Part shown: positions 36,848 to 46,756 of the stretch, piece by piece
Layout of the letters: each line of letters opens with the position of its first letter
Numbering within the stretch: the first letter of the stretch is position 1
NCBI GenBank assembly: GCA_029780855.1
Contig: JAKOXV010000024.1
Span: 43,275-107,274, forward strand
From: a bacterium
GTDB lineage: Bacteria > Patescibacteriota > Saccharimonadia > Saccharimonadales > JAUPVS01
DNA length: 64,000 bases
Direction: 5' to 3'
The notes under the pieces: generated by a model
Databases searched by the model: none
The model's input: the letters and a program-made list of their open reading frames with translations, nothing else
Told to the model about the DNA's origin: nothing
Made by a program: the position numbers and the translations under genes

Positions 36848-38680
36848 TTACTGCCCTTTGGGCGTAATGTTAAAGTTGTTTATTAGCATACTGGCAAGAT
36901 CAGAAAATATTGGCGCTGCAGCCCGAGACCCTGCATATCCGCCTATTCCCGGCTCATCTACCCTAGTAACTATTACATACTGAGGAGCATTGCCTCCTAC
37001 AAAACCCATAAAGGTACCGTTAAACTTATCTTCAAAATACCCTCCGGAAGGATTAGCGATCTGTGCGGTACCGGTCTTGCCGCCAATCGTGTAATTGCCT
37101 TGAAAGTTAGGAAAACCATACAGAACATGGTTCTTAGAAAACGTGTATTCCATAAATTCCTGAATATCCTGTCCGACATCGCGTTTAACTACGTTACTGC
37201 GCACAATAGTCGGCTTAGCATCCTGTAGGCTTCCCTTAGAATCGGCGTAGCCGTCAACTAAATGCGGCTTGTAGTATGTACCGCCGTTTATCACACTTGA
37301 TAAAGCCGCGCCCATTTGTAACGGCGTAGCAGTCATACCCTGCCCAAAGGAGGTGTTGGCATACTGGAGATTGAGCCCATAGCCCTCGTTTGGGTCGGGT
37401 ATAGTTCCAGCGGCTTCATAACCCTGTTCAATGCCCGTTTTCTTACCAAACTGATAGTGGTTCGTCATGTAGTCAAACCAGCGGTCCCTAGCTTGTTTAT
37501 TAATCTCTCCGCCGCCCATCTGCATTAACAGCCACGTTGCCCCCGTGTTAAGTGACAGCTGTAAAATATCAGCGATCGTCCGCGTGCCAGCGCCGCCATC
37601 TTCTTCAATGTTAGTGATTTCAAAACCGTCTACCTTGAAGTGACTCGGATCATAGTAGCTTTGATTCTTACTAACTACCCCCAAATCTAGCGCCGCAGCA
37701 GCGGTTAGCGGCTTCATGGTTGAGCCAACCTCGAGTGGTGCACTGACCGTGCCGTTCGTAAATACGCTGGGATCATCAACTTTATAAAATTCACCCGGAT
37801 TAAAGGTTGGATAGTTGGCCATAGCCAGAATTGCACCCGTATTGGGATCCATAATAAACGCTCCACCAGATTTTGATTTTGCACTATCGAGACCTTTTTT
37901 AAGTATCTCTTCCAGCTGTTGCTGCATCGCAATGTTAATAGTTAGCACGATCCGCTTGCCTGCCACCGGTTCTTTAACGACATTATCTTTATTTGCAGCG
38001 AGTGGCACTCCGGCGGCATCTGTAATTGCCTTTAATTGTCCTGGCGTACCTTTTAGTTGGTCATTAAGCGCCTGCTCAATGCCATACTTTCCAATACCTT
38101 CATCATTTACAAAACCGAGGACTTGAGCCGCCAGATCACCCTGCGGATACGTCCTTACGCTCGTTTCCTGAGTGCCGATGCCTTTCCACGCAAACACCGC
38201 CCCTCGTTTAGACGCTAGTTTTTCATTTTCAGCTTTGCGAGCGGCATCAATCTTGTCCTTTTGCTGTTTCGTAAGTTTTTTGGCCAAAATCACGTACCGT
38301 GTGTCCGGTGTTTTGATGGCTTTTATATAGTCACCACTACTCCCACCAATCACACTTGCAATCGCAACAGCAGACTTTTCAGCGTCAACAACATATTTAG
38401 GATCAGCATACAAGGTATACCGTTTTTCGTTTAGCACTATCGGCAATAATCCGTCGCCATTATGAGCCTCAATCACCCCCCGCTCTGGTTCTATCTGATA
38501 CTGTTTGAGCTGGCTAGCGAGCGCCGCTTTAGAGTAATAATCATGCTTAATAACCTGTAAATAAAATAACCGAACCACCAGTACGGAGCCAACCAAAAGC
38601 AATGCCACATACCAAAGACGCATGCGCTGCAAAGCGGTCAATCCGCGGCCAGAATATATAGGGTTCGAATTTGGTCGCAT
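36848..38680 (-). CDS. ftsI: Class B penicillin-binding protein (FtsI)
   Basis: STMK, SLN, KTGTAQ motifs; RTYPQG; dcw context. Confidence 0.93.
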   Translation of the reverse strand: MRPNSNPIYSGRGLTALQRMRLWYVALLLVGSVLVVRLFYLQVIKHDYYSKAALASQLKQYQIEPERGVIEAHNGDGLLPIVLNEKRYTLYADPKYVVDAEKSAVAIASVIGGSSGDYIKAIKTPDTRYVILAKKLTKQQKDKIDAARKAENEKLASKRGAVFAWKGIGTQETSVRTYPQGDLAAQVLGFVNDEGIGKYGIEQALNDQLKGTPGQLKAITDAAGVPLAANKDNVVKEPVAGKRIVLTINIAMQQQLEEILKKGLDSAKSKSGGAFIMDPNTGAILAMANYPTFNPGEFYKVDDPSVFTNGTVSAPLEVGSTMKPLTAAAALDLGVVSKNQSYYDPSHFKVDGFEITNIEEDGGAGTRTIADILQLSLNTGATWLLMQMGGGEINKQARDRWFDYMTNHYQFGKKTGIEQGYEAAGTIPDPNEGYGLNLQYANTSFGQGMTATPLQMGAALSSVINGGTYYKPHLVDGYADSKGSLQDAKPTIVRSNVVKRDVGQDIQEFMEYTFSKNHVLYGFPNFQGNYTIGGKTGTAQIANPSGGYFEDKFNGTFMGFVGGNAPQYVIVTRVDEPGIGGYAGSRAAAPIFSDLASMLINNFNITPKGQ

Positions 38681-38701
38681 AGCGAGCCTAGCTAGTATAG
38701 C

Positions 38702-39049
38702 TTAGTTTTGTACCGTTGCCGAAGGCGCGACAGATACAAGATTCTTTGCCACATCACTGTTCTGAATTCTATCAGCCGCCTGCAGCCGGGCTGACGAAAT
38801 TTCAAGATCATCGTGCTGTTGCTGAAGCTTTGTTGCCTGATCTTGCAATGAACTGATTTTGTATCCGTAGGCGTTTGTTTTAGTGACCTGCGTAAGATAC
38901 AGAAGACCCAAAACGCACGCTAGGACGATCAAAATAATTGTATTGCTGACCGGTCCTATTGTTCGGGCAGGTCCACGGAAACTCGTGCTATTTTGATTGC
39001 GTTGTCCAAAACGCTGGCGATTCATTGCCATAGAACTTGAATATGTCAT
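38702..39049 (-). CDS. ftsL: FtsL-like cell division protein
   Basis: Single TM plus coiled coil, between rsmH and ftsI. Confidence 0.75.
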   Translation of the reverse strand: MTYSSSMAMNRQRFGQRNQNSTSFRGPARTIGPVSNTIILIVLACVLGLLYLTQVTKTNAYGYKISSLQDQATKLQQQHDDLEISSARLQAADRIQNSDVAKNLVSVAPSATVQN

Positions 39050-39222
39050 CTTATTTTAATCTTTGTTTTTATGTTTGTTTTGGTGGTAGGTGCCACTGTT
39101 TTGGCAGCACCTACCGCTTTCGCTAAAAAGTTTCGTACAAGTTCTTAGAGAACTTTAACGCGTACTTTGTAGCTACGGGAGCTACTTTTTACCTGAATTG
39201 GCATGTAACTAGCCCCTTTCTT

Positions 39223-40116
39223 TTATGTGTTTATTTTCTCTGCGGCTCGAAGTTTAGCACTTCTCGCTCGCGGGTTAGAAACAATTTCTTTGTCGCTACC
39301 GGTGACTGGTTTTTTGGTAAGAACGGTAACTTTGGCTTCATACCCTTCCGAATATTCCGCAAAAATTCTTTTGACGATCCTATCCTCAAGGCTATGAAAA
39401 CTTATCACCCCTACCCTTCCACCAGGTTTTAGCAGATCTATCCATAGTGGTAACGCTTGCTCCAAAAGTCCTAGTTCGTTATTTACGACAATACGGACGG
39501 CTTGGAAGGTACGCGTGGCCGGATGAACCTTACTGTGCCCTGGCCAGGCTTTGGTAACGATTTTTGCGAGCTGTGTCGTGGTGGTAAAGGGACGATTGCG
39601 CACAATCATCCTGGCTATTTGTCTGGCTTTTGGTTCTTCTCCAAAACGCCACAGGATATCACTCAGCTCTTCTTCCGTGTAGCGATTCACTACATCTGCG
39701 GCAGTCAGAGCTTGACTGGTATCCATACGCATATCCAGCGGTGCATCAGTCGTAAAACTAAAACCACGGCTCGCTTTGTCAAGGTGCGGTGACGACACGC
39801 CAAGATCAGCCAGTATCATATCGTACTGCTTTCCAGCATTGCTCAGTTGCTGGCTCGCGGTCAAAAAATCTGCATGTATGATATGCGCCCCTTTTGATGC
39901 GAGTGGCTCAAGCGCTGCAATTGCTTGTTCGTCGCGATCAACCAAAGTCATTAACTCCGGTGCCGCTGTCTGTGCAAGTATTGCGCTGGCGTGGCCGCCG
40001 TATCCTGCCGTCATATCTACGTAACTTTCACCTTTTTCTGGTTTCAGTATCGTAAGTACGTCGTCGAGAAGTACGGGAATATGATTGTTCTGATCTGTTT
40101 GGTGCATGCTTTGCAT
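39223..40116 (-). CDS. rsmH: 16S rRNA m4C1402 methyltransferase RsmH
   Basis: HIPVLL, G.GGH, DLGVSS, LDMRM, ISFHSLEDRIVK, NPRARSAKLR. Confidence 0.97.
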   Translation of the reverse strand: MQSMHQTDQNNHIPVLLDDVLTILKPEKGESYVDMTAGYGGHASAILAQTAAPELMTLVDRDEQAIAALEPLASKGAHIIHADFLTASQQLSNAGKQYDMILADLGVSSPHLDKASRGFSFTTDAPLDMRMDTSQALTAADVVNRYTEEELSDILWRFGEEPKARQIARMIVRNRPFTTTTQLAKIVTKAWPGHSKVHPATRTFQAVRIVVNNELGLLEQALPLWIDLLKPGGRVGVISFHSLEDRIVKRIFAEYSEGYEAKVTVLTKKPVTGSDKEIVSNPRARSAKLRAAEKINT

Positions 40117-40548
40117 TCTCTATGTTTGTTTTTGTTTTTGCAAGGTCATTCAATGGTTCAATTCTCTCCTATTATGGAATTGAACGATAGATGCCTTGCC
40201 AAACTTTTTGTTTTTGCAAGGTCACCTATTCAGCAGTCAACTTTTTGTTTTTTGGTTGTTTTTGTTTTTGTTTAACTGCTTTAGGACGGCATGTAGATGT
40301 TTTTAGAGAAAGGTATTTCACTTTCGAAACGTCTGACCATCTTAGAGCAAAAGTTGAGAGACTTATGTGTGAGGTGGAGTTTTGGGAGGTGTTTTGATAG
40401 AAGGTGCTAAGGTTTTTATAAAGTGGTGCCTTCGGCCACTTGTTGACTGCCGAATAGCTAACCTCGAGCCCACGTGCAATCACGTGTTGTATTGGTTTCT
40501 ATTCGTGTATTCGACCCTGGTTGTTAATGAACTGCTAATAAACCCGGC

Positions 40549-40902
40549 TCAACCTGCCATGAGGCGCCAGTACCTACCTGCCCGGACCGCTACTACATCC
40601 CGCGAGATTCCTGCGTAGTCCAGCAAGTGCTGTTCAAGCGTGATTCTGCCCTGTTTTTGATCCAGGTCGTTATCACACTTTCCCATCCTAAACTGCACGT
40701 TCAAGTCGGCCGTTTTTTCGTCCAGGATATTACCCTGAAGTTGTGGCTCGACCTGTTGTTCCCAAACGGATTTGGGATACAGGTGCAGGTACTTTTGAAA
40801 GCCCCTAGTGATTACTACTCCTGATTCAAACTCGGCTCGAAGTTCGGCTGGTATTGTCAGCCTCCGCTTGTCGTCAAGTTTGCGTTGAAAGTAATCCACC
40901 AT
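40549..40902 (-). CDS. mraZ: Transcriptional regulator MraZ
   Basis: LDDKRRLTIPAELR, D.KQGRITL; head of the dcw cluster. Confidence 0.92.
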   Translation of the reverse strand: MVDYFQRKLDDKRRLTIPAELRAEFESGVVITRGFQKYLHLYPKSVWEQQVEPQLQGNILDEKTADLNVQFRMGKCDNDLDQKQGRITLEQHLLDYAGISRDVVAVRAGRYWRLMAG

Positions 40903-40962
40903 GGTTGCCTACAGTTTTTAGCTGTAATTTTTGTTTTGTGGTGTGGTTGCCTTGTTTTTGGC

Positions 40963-41016
40963 TACCCACTTTTACCCACTGACTTGAATATACTACCCAC
41001 GCTTACCCACTTGCAA
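40963..41016 (-). promoter_or_regulatory. mraZ promoter with four GTGGGTA direct repeats (MraZ boxes)
   Basis: TACCCAC at 40963, 40973, 40994, 41004 on plus; TTGCAA/TATATT promoter overlaps them. Confidence 0.75.
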
Positions 41017-41042
41017 GTCTTTTTAGGATAAAAGCTACATAC

Positions 41043-41051
41043 TTATCCACA
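41043..41051 (+). promoter_or_regulatory. DnaA box upstream of mraZ
   Basis: Perfect TTATCCACA plus an adjacent imperfect box. Confidence 0.6.
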
Positions 41052-41068
41052 ATTGTGTCCACATATAA

Positions 41069-41094
41069 AAACACACCACATATGTGGTGTGTTT
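41069..41094. terminator. Palindromic hairpin/terminator
   Basis: AAACACACCACA-TA-TGTGGTGTGTTT. Confidence 0.6.
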
Positions 41095-41110
41095 GGTAAA
41101 TTTTTCGTGT

Positions 41111-41572
41111 CTAACTGTTTCCGTCGCCTACAAAGTGTGTGCCTTCAGGCAACTCAACACCCTGGGATTGCTGCAGCCCTGCATTTTTATCAGCCTGAGA
41201 CGCTATGAGATTTTCAGCATGCTGGCGAGCGCCACCTTCTAGTGGCTTGCCTTCAGCGTCAACTAAATGGGCAGCAATATTCTGCGGATTTTCTTCTGGG
41301 CCGACTGTATGCATTTCTCCCACTTGCTCCTGCAGTTCTTTCGTGTAGTCTGGAACATCGTGTTCTGCACGATAGTGTAGTCCTGCGGTAACGCTAGCAG
41401 CTGCTAAGCCGAGTCCAAAACCGACCCTTCCGAGTTTACGCACTACACCGGCCTTACGGTGAGTACGGCGCTCAATCTCTTCTGGAGGTGTATCCATACC
41501 CTCATATAACCGGGCTATGCCAGCCGGGCTTGCTTCTTTATGTTGATTCCATGGGTGTTGGTTTTTATTCAT
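41111..41572 (-). CDS. Membrane-anchored protein with possible LysM-like C-terminus
   Basis: One TM; HTVGPEENPQNIA...LQQSQGVELP resembles LysM ends. Confidence 0.5.
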   Translation of the reverse strand: MNKNQHPWNQHKEASPAGIARLYEGMDTPPEEIERRTHRKAGVVRKLGRVGFGLGLAAASVTAGLHYRAEHDVPDYTKELQEQVGEMHTVGPEENPQNIAAHLVDAEGKPLEGGARQHAENLIASQADKNAGLQQSQGVELPEGTHFVGDGNS

Positions 41573-41627
41573 AACGCTTTGCATTATAGCATAAGCTTTA
41601 TTATGTGTCAATATTGTAGCGTTATTG

Positions 41628-42884
41628 CTACGTTTGTCGGAACTCGTGCAACAGCTTTGCGAGCCATTTTGCGCTCGGGCGGATCGTGCGCTTCATGCCA
41701 TGCTTTCGGTCTACCTCAACTAGTCCAAACTTTGGCCACCAACCATATTTCCACTCAAAGTTATCCAGTAGGCTCCAATGTAAATAGCCACGCAAGTCTA
41801 CCCCTTCGCTTAGCGCCCGCTCCATAGCAATGATCGTTTCTTCCAGCCACCACTGCCGATACTGATCATTTGCATCAGCTACGCCGTTTTCTGTGATGAA
41901 TATCGGTTTTTTATGGTGAGCCCAGATACGAAGTAATAGCGGATAAATGCCCTCCGGCTCCATGTACCAGCCTAAGTCATTGAGCGGTATGCTCGGATTA
42001 TCTTTGCGGGCATTCCGATAGTAATCAGTGAAGTAATAATTGAAGCCGATGAAATCTTGCTGATTGCGGATCCGCCGGTAGAACCACCAGTTCCAAAAGT
42101 AGCGCATCACCTTGGTAGATATCTCATCTCGAATATCGTGAGGACGCTTGGCCTGAATGTTTGCGAGCTGCTGGGCAATGCCGATCTGTAGATGTGGATG
42201 CGCTTTCTTGAGCAGTCTATAGGCACGCTTGTGTGCCACGACAAGATTGTAATAGACCAAAATGAAACTAATGGGACTTTTTTCTTGTGGCGGCCATTCA
42301 CCAGTTAAATATCCGAAAGTAGCGTATACGTTCGGCTCATTTAGGGTAATGATATGGCGCAAATCTTGTCCGAACTCCTCCGATATCTTAGCTACGAACC
42401 TAACGAAGTATTTAATGTTACTGCGCTTTTTAAAGCCGCCTTTTTCTACAAACCAAACCGGCATAGTCCAGTGCCATATATTAAGGAATGGTTCAATATT
42501 TCGTGCCCGTAGCTCTTTGAGGTAATCACGATAGTGTGCAATCGCTTCATCGTCCCAAACACCCTCCTCTGGTTCCAGCCGTGCCCACTCTATTCCAAAT
42601 CTGAAAGCATTCATGTTGAGCTTCTGAAGGATATCAAAGTCCTCTTTGTATCTTCCGTAATGATCAATGCCATTTCCAGAAACATAGTTGTTTGCATCCT
42701 GCGCTTCATCCTTAAAATCAGGCCATGTAGGAATGCTACTGAGCCGCTCTTTGGCGGTCTTAGCGAGTTCCGCGGCATGTGCCAGTTCCCATACCGTCCA
42801 ATCGTTGTGGTTGCCACCCTCTACCTGATGGCTCGCCGTACTAGCACCCCAGTAAAAATCTTTTGGAAATATTGATTTTTTCAT
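41628..42884 (-). CDS. Glycoside hydrolase family 1 (beta-glucosidase)
   Basis: FPKDFYWGASTASHQVEG, TLNEP, ITENG, WSLLDNFEW. Confidence 0.95.
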   Translation of the reverse strand: MKKSIFPKDFYWGASTASHQVEGGNHNDWTVWELAHAAELAKTAKERLSSIPTWPDFKDEAQDANNYVSGNGIDHYGRYKEDFDILQKLNMNAFRFGIEWARLEPEEGVWDDEAIAHYRDYLKELRARNIEPFLNIWHWTMPVWFVEKGGFKKRSNIKYFVRFVAKISEEFGQDLRHIITLNEPNVYATFGYLTGEWPPQEKSPISFILVYYNLVVAHKRAYRLLKKAHPHLQIGIAQQLANIQAKRPHDIRDEISTKVMRYFWNWWFYRRIRNQQDFIGFNYYFTDYYRNARKDNPSIPLNDLGWYMEPEGIYPLLLRIWAHHKKPIFITENGVADANDQYRQWWLEETIIAMERALSEGVDLRGYLHWSLLDNFEWKYGWWPKFGLVEVDRKHGMKRTIRPSAKWLAKLLHEFRQT

Positions 42885-42893
42885 AACTTACTA

Positions 42894-43610
42894 CTACTTT
42901 ACCGTTTTTTTAGGTAAACGCATATATCGCTCCCGTAACTCGGGCTCAAGGCGCTCCAACGAGTAGCGCAGCATAGTCCTCGGCATATCGTTTGCGTGCC
43001 TATCCAAAAAATCCAAGAGAGCACCTTCGTCTTTTTTACCCGCTTCCCGTAGCATCCACCCTGCCGCCTTATGTATGAGGTCTTGAGTATCGTGCATGAG
43101 TAGTTCTGCCACCCGAAAGGTGTCATCAAGCTGACCGACACGAATAAAATGCCAGGTACTTACCATAGCTATACGGCGTTCCCATATACTATTGGACGCT
43201 GCTAGACGATAGAGCTCATCCCGCGGCTTATCCATCAAAAAACCACCTATAACGTCGCGACAACTAACATCTACAATATCCCAGTTATTAATCCTATCCG
43301 TGCGGTTGAGGTAAAGGTTGTAGAATTGTTGCTTCATTTCGGGCCCGGCGCGCTTGGACCCTTCGGCCATGATAATGACCGCCGCTAAACGGTGCTCATG
43401 GATGGGGCTCTCCAGTAGTTTTTCAATTTCATCAATCGGCAGCTGTTGGTACTTGGCGGCAATCTTTCTGATTACTGGTACGCGCAAACCCAAAAATACG
43501 TCCCCTTCACCGTACTGCCCCTTTCCGGTTTTAAAAAAGCGTTGCAAAAATTCTACATCTACAGGATTGGCCTTTGCATTCAGCTCTTGCTGTACTTCAA
43601 GTGCGGTCAT
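42894..43610 (-). CDS. AlkD-like DNA alkylation repair protein
   Basis: FFKTGKGQYGEGD.FLG, NNWDIVD, HKA.GWMLRE, MPRTMLRY. Confidence 0.9.
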   Translation of the reverse strand: MTALEVQQELNAKANPVDVEFLQRFFKTGKGQYGEGDVFLGLRVPVIRKIAAKYQQLPIDEIEKLLESPIHEHRLAAVIIMAEGSKRAGPEMKQQFYNLYLNRTDRINNWDIVDVSCRDVIGGFLMDKPRDELYRLAASNSIWERRIAMVSTWHFIRVGQLDDTFRVAELLMHDTQDLIHKAAGWMLREAGKKDEGALLDFLDRHANDMPRTMLRYSLERLEPELRERYMRLPKKTVK

Positions 43611-43612
43611 GA

Positions 43613-44170
43613 TTAATCCTTGTACGCCGGCATATCAAGTAAATCCTGGATACTCGCCACATTTTGCATAATGCGGTTGGCCATGTAAATGTTGTTTTTG
43701 GAAAGCTTCTTAGCCGTATTGAAATCAACAACCTCAACCTCGATCTTCTCGCCGGGATCGGGCTTGAGTGGCCCTCGTTTTTTGAGCCCCGTGGCAATGT
43801 AGCGATAGCACCACCAGTCCACCTTATGACTGCCGATATCCTCAATCATTACGAGCTTAAGATTCTCAAACTCCATACCTGTCTCTTCAAGCAGTTCTCT
43901 TTTCGCCGCAACGAGCGGGTCTTCACCTCCCTCAATATGACCACCGGGAAAACCCGTATTTGCCGGTCGGCCAGGCTGCTCTTCATGAATGATCACCAAC
44001 TTATTGTCAACTATGGGAATAATACCCACTGCATTGGCCCGGGAGGCCATTTCAAAGGTAGCGTGGGTGCCATCGTACAGTTCTTGATCCCACTGATACA
44101 GATCAAAGATTACGCCTTCAAACACTTTCCGGGCGTGCTTTGGAACTTTGCTTATTGCTCGTTGTTTCAT
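43613..44170 (-). CDS. Nudix hydrolase (ADP-ribose pyrophosphatase-like)
   Basis: Nudix box GGHIEGGEDPLVAAKRELLEETG. Confidence 0.9.
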   Translation of the reverse strand: MKQRAISKVPKHARKVFEGVIFDLYQWDQELYDGTHATFEMASRANAVGIIPIVDNKLVIIHEEQPGRPANTGFPGGHIEGGEDPLVAAKRELLEETGMEFENLKLVMIEDIGSHKVDWWCYRYIATGLKKRGPLKPDPGEKIEVEVVDFNTAKKLSKNNIYMANRIMQNVASIQDLLDMPAYKD

Positions 44171-44226
44171 CGTTTTAATTCTACTATGAAAGTTGGTTTA
44201 GGCCTGCGTGGTTTATAATGTGCCTA

Positions 44227-44889
44227 ATGAAACTTGCAAAAATACATCACCGAGAAAAACTTGAACCTATGTGGCACGTCCAGCTCGCCCTGCTAGCTGC
44301 GATCGGTATTCAAGCTGCGTTAAGCGCTCGTTTTACCATCGGACCAAAGTATATTATTGCCGTTTTTGAAATCATTGCCCTGCTGGCTCTCAGTATTCCT
44401 GGGCGCAAAGCGGTCCCGTCCAATAGGTCTGCAATGGTGAGACGATTTTTGGCGTTCGGACTTCTGGGCGTTGTAACCGTCACCAACATCGGTTCTTTGA
44501 TTTTAGTTAGTCATGCGTTAATCACCGGCAACCACACCAGTGGTCATGCCCTCATTATTTCTGCATTGGTTATTTATGCCACCAATATCATTGTTTTTGG
44601 GTTACTGTATTGGGAACTAGACGGCAAAGCATCCGAAGGCCAGCCTATGGATCACCCCGACTTCCTATTTCCGCAAATGATGGTATCTGACCATATCACC
44701 AAACAGTCCAATTGGCATCCCAGCTTTTTTGACTACCTATACGTATCCATCTCAAACGCCACGGCATTTAGTTCAACCGACACCCTGCCACTTACCTATC
44801 GTGCGAAAGCCCTAATGGCCATTCAAGCCTTAACCGCCATAACCACCATCGCGCTCGTAGCTGCCCGAGCAGTCAACATCCTGGTCTAA
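44227..44889 (+). CDS. DUF1345-like membrane protein
   Basis: YWELD, DFLFPQM, W.PSFFDYLYVS..NATAFS.TD. Confidence 0.8.
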   Translation: MKLAKIHHREKLEPMWHVQLALLAAIGIQAALSARFTIGPKYIIAVFEIIALLALSIPGRKAVPSNRSAMVRRFLAFGLLGVVTVTNIGSLILVSHALITGNHTSGHALIISALVIYATNIIVFGLLYWELDGKASEGQPMDHPDFLFPQMMVSDHITKQSNWHPSFFDYLYVSISNATAFSSTDTLPLTYRAKALMAIQALTAITTIALVAARAVNILV

Positions 44890-44893
44890 AAGA

Positions 44894-46117
44894 TTAGGGT
44901 TGAGCGATAAACTCAACAAGGAGCTCTAGCGCAGCGATGATCAGTGCCAACACCACTAAAGAAACTGGCGAAATCGGTACAAACAGCAAGACAACGAATC
45001 CCAACACCAGTATCGCGTATTCGATAGACTTTTTATGGGAACCAAACCATTTAGTCACGGCGTTTTCGTGATTTCCAAATATACTCTGATGTAACTTACC
45101 AGCAAATAGATCTTCTATACGCCCGCGTATCACTGCGGCGCGGCGTGTATTCCCCGTAATCCAAACTACCAGGGCTACCATTCCAAACACCACGACTAGC
45201 GTCCATGTCTGGACCAAAAATCCATGAGAAATAGTATCCCATATTTCACGGACGGCTTGCTGGTACTCTGAAGCAAAGCGGTCAACCGTGATAGCTCTCG
45301 CAATCCGTACCGCAAGTAGACTGGCAAGCAGCATAACTGCATACAGAACAGTCAGTCTGAGAACCATTCTTCGCCTTTGCTTTGATAGCCAAACCGCTAG
45401 AACCGAAAGCGCTAAGAATAGCAAAATCGTGAGTACGCGCACTACCATTAGGTTATTAACTACCCAGTGGGCCGTAGGTAGCCAGGCTGCGTCGGTAATA
45501 GTTACGTTCCCGATGTTTGCGGGTAATTGTTTGTTTGCCAAAAACGCTAACTTTGTACCCTGGAGCTGCTCGGTGACTTTTTGGTACAAATCATTCACTT
45601 CTATAGTGCCATCACCCTCGTAATCTTTTACGAAGGTATAGAGCCTTTCATGTAGTCGAGTGTTTGCCTCCACCCACACAGTAGCGAATTTTTCACTAGA
45701 GATTGCTTGCTGCAACGTCTTTTCTGTGTACGTTTGCAGTTGAGTAGTTAGCGGTTTAGCTAAGAAATCGGCTTTTGGCGGTAGAGCTTCTTGCGCTATT
45801 CGCTCAACATCAATGTTTTGGAAAATTGCTGAGGTCGTTTTCTTGGCGAGCGCCTCTTGTACGGCGGGTTGCGACACTACTGGACCTACGGCCTCTACGT
45901 ACGAATCAGTCTTTACTATGGTCCGCGCCGACCAGAACAATAGGTTCCCCACCACAAGCAGTGCCGCCGCCAATCCAATGAGGCTTACCATCAAAACAAC
46001 TTTCCAGCCGTGGTGGTCTGTGGGATCGCTACGCGGTTTGGACAGTTGAGCCTTCAGTCTACGATTTTCAGCCCGTAGTCTTTGCAGTTCGGCATCGGAA
46101 TTGGAACGTCCAGCCAT
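44894..46117 (-). CDS. Integral membrane hypothetical protein
   Basis: N-terminal coiled coil, TM, extracytoplasmic helical domain, several C-terminal TMs. Confidence 0.7.
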   Translation of the reverse strand: MAGRSNSDAELQRLRAENRRLKAQLSKPRSDPTDHHGWKVVLMVSLIGLAAALLVVGNLLFWSARTIVKTDSYVEAVGPVVSQPAVQEALAKKTTSAIFQNIDVERIAQEALPPKADFLAKPLTTQLQTYTEKTLQQAISSEKFATVWVEANTRLHERLYTFVKDYEGDGTIEVNDLYQKVTEQLQGTKLAFLANKQLPANIGNVTITDAAWLPTAHWVVNNLMVVRVLTILLFLALSVLAVWLSKQRRRMVLRLTVLYAVMLLASLLAVRIARAITVDRFASEYQQAVREIWDTISHGFLVQTWTLVVVFGMVALVVWITGNTRRAAVIRGRIEDLFAGKLHQSIFGNHENAVTKWFGSHKKSIEYAILVLGFVVLLFVPISPVSLVVLALIIAALELLVEFIAQP

Positions 46118-46171
46118 ACACCTAACCTCTTATGAGTCCATAGTATACCCATTTTTGCAAAATGCAAACTA

Positions 46172-46495
46172 TCAGGATTTGGGGTTCTTTTTTGATAAGC
46201 GTTTTTGTACTCTATTGCGTAGTAGGTAGCTCACGCTACTGGCGATAATACCGACGCCTATGAGTATATAAAAAATCGTAAAAAGCTTTCCGATGTCGGT
46301 TTTTGGAGTTATGTCGCCGTACCCAACGGTGGTTAGCGTAACCACGCAGAAGTAAACGCTATCCAGCCATTTCAACTTTTCAAAGTGATGGTAAAAAACC
46401 GTCCCCGACGCTAGCACTACAACTATCGTAAAAAAGATGCGGCGTGGGTTTATGGCATCAAGCACCGGACTAGGGCTCTTCTCGCTATCAGACAT
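46172..46495 (-). CDS. Two-TM potassium channel (Ion_trans_2)
   Basis: TLTTVGYGD selectivity filter. Confidence 0.92.
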   Translation of the reverse strand: MSDSEKSPSPVLDAINPRRIFFTIVVVLASGTVFYHHFEKLKWLDSVYFCVVTLTTVGYGDITPKTDIGKLFTIFYILIGVGIIASSVSYLLRNRVQKRLSKKNPKS

Positions 46496-46702
46496 CTATG
46501 TGCTTCTCTTTTTTTGTTTGGAAAAGTAGAAAATATACACAATCGGTAGAATACCCAAGGTATTCAAAATCAAAAACAGCACGAACCATACTTTGTCGCC
46601 CTTTCGTGCAGCCTTCCAGAGAGCAATCGCCTTCCAAACCAACTCCCACAAAACTATAACTACCCAGACATACCAGTAATCTTTATAAGCGTTCAGATCC
46701 AT
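46496..46702 (-). CDS. DUF5652-like small membrane protein
   Basis: W.LVWK.IALWKAAR...WF......NTLGILPI.Y. Confidence 0.8.
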   Translation of the reverse strand: MDLNAYKDYWYVWVVIVLWELVWKAIALWKAARKGDKVWFVLFLILNTLGILPIVYIFYFSKQKKRST

Positions 46703-46756
46703 AGCTCTTCCTCCACGTTATATAGCTGTACTATAGCACCGCGAACAGGACTTAGG

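Noticed and set aside
41043..41063. Replication origin
   Set aside because: Only one perfect DnaA box, no dnaA/dnaN nearby, and genes converge rather than diverge in this window.
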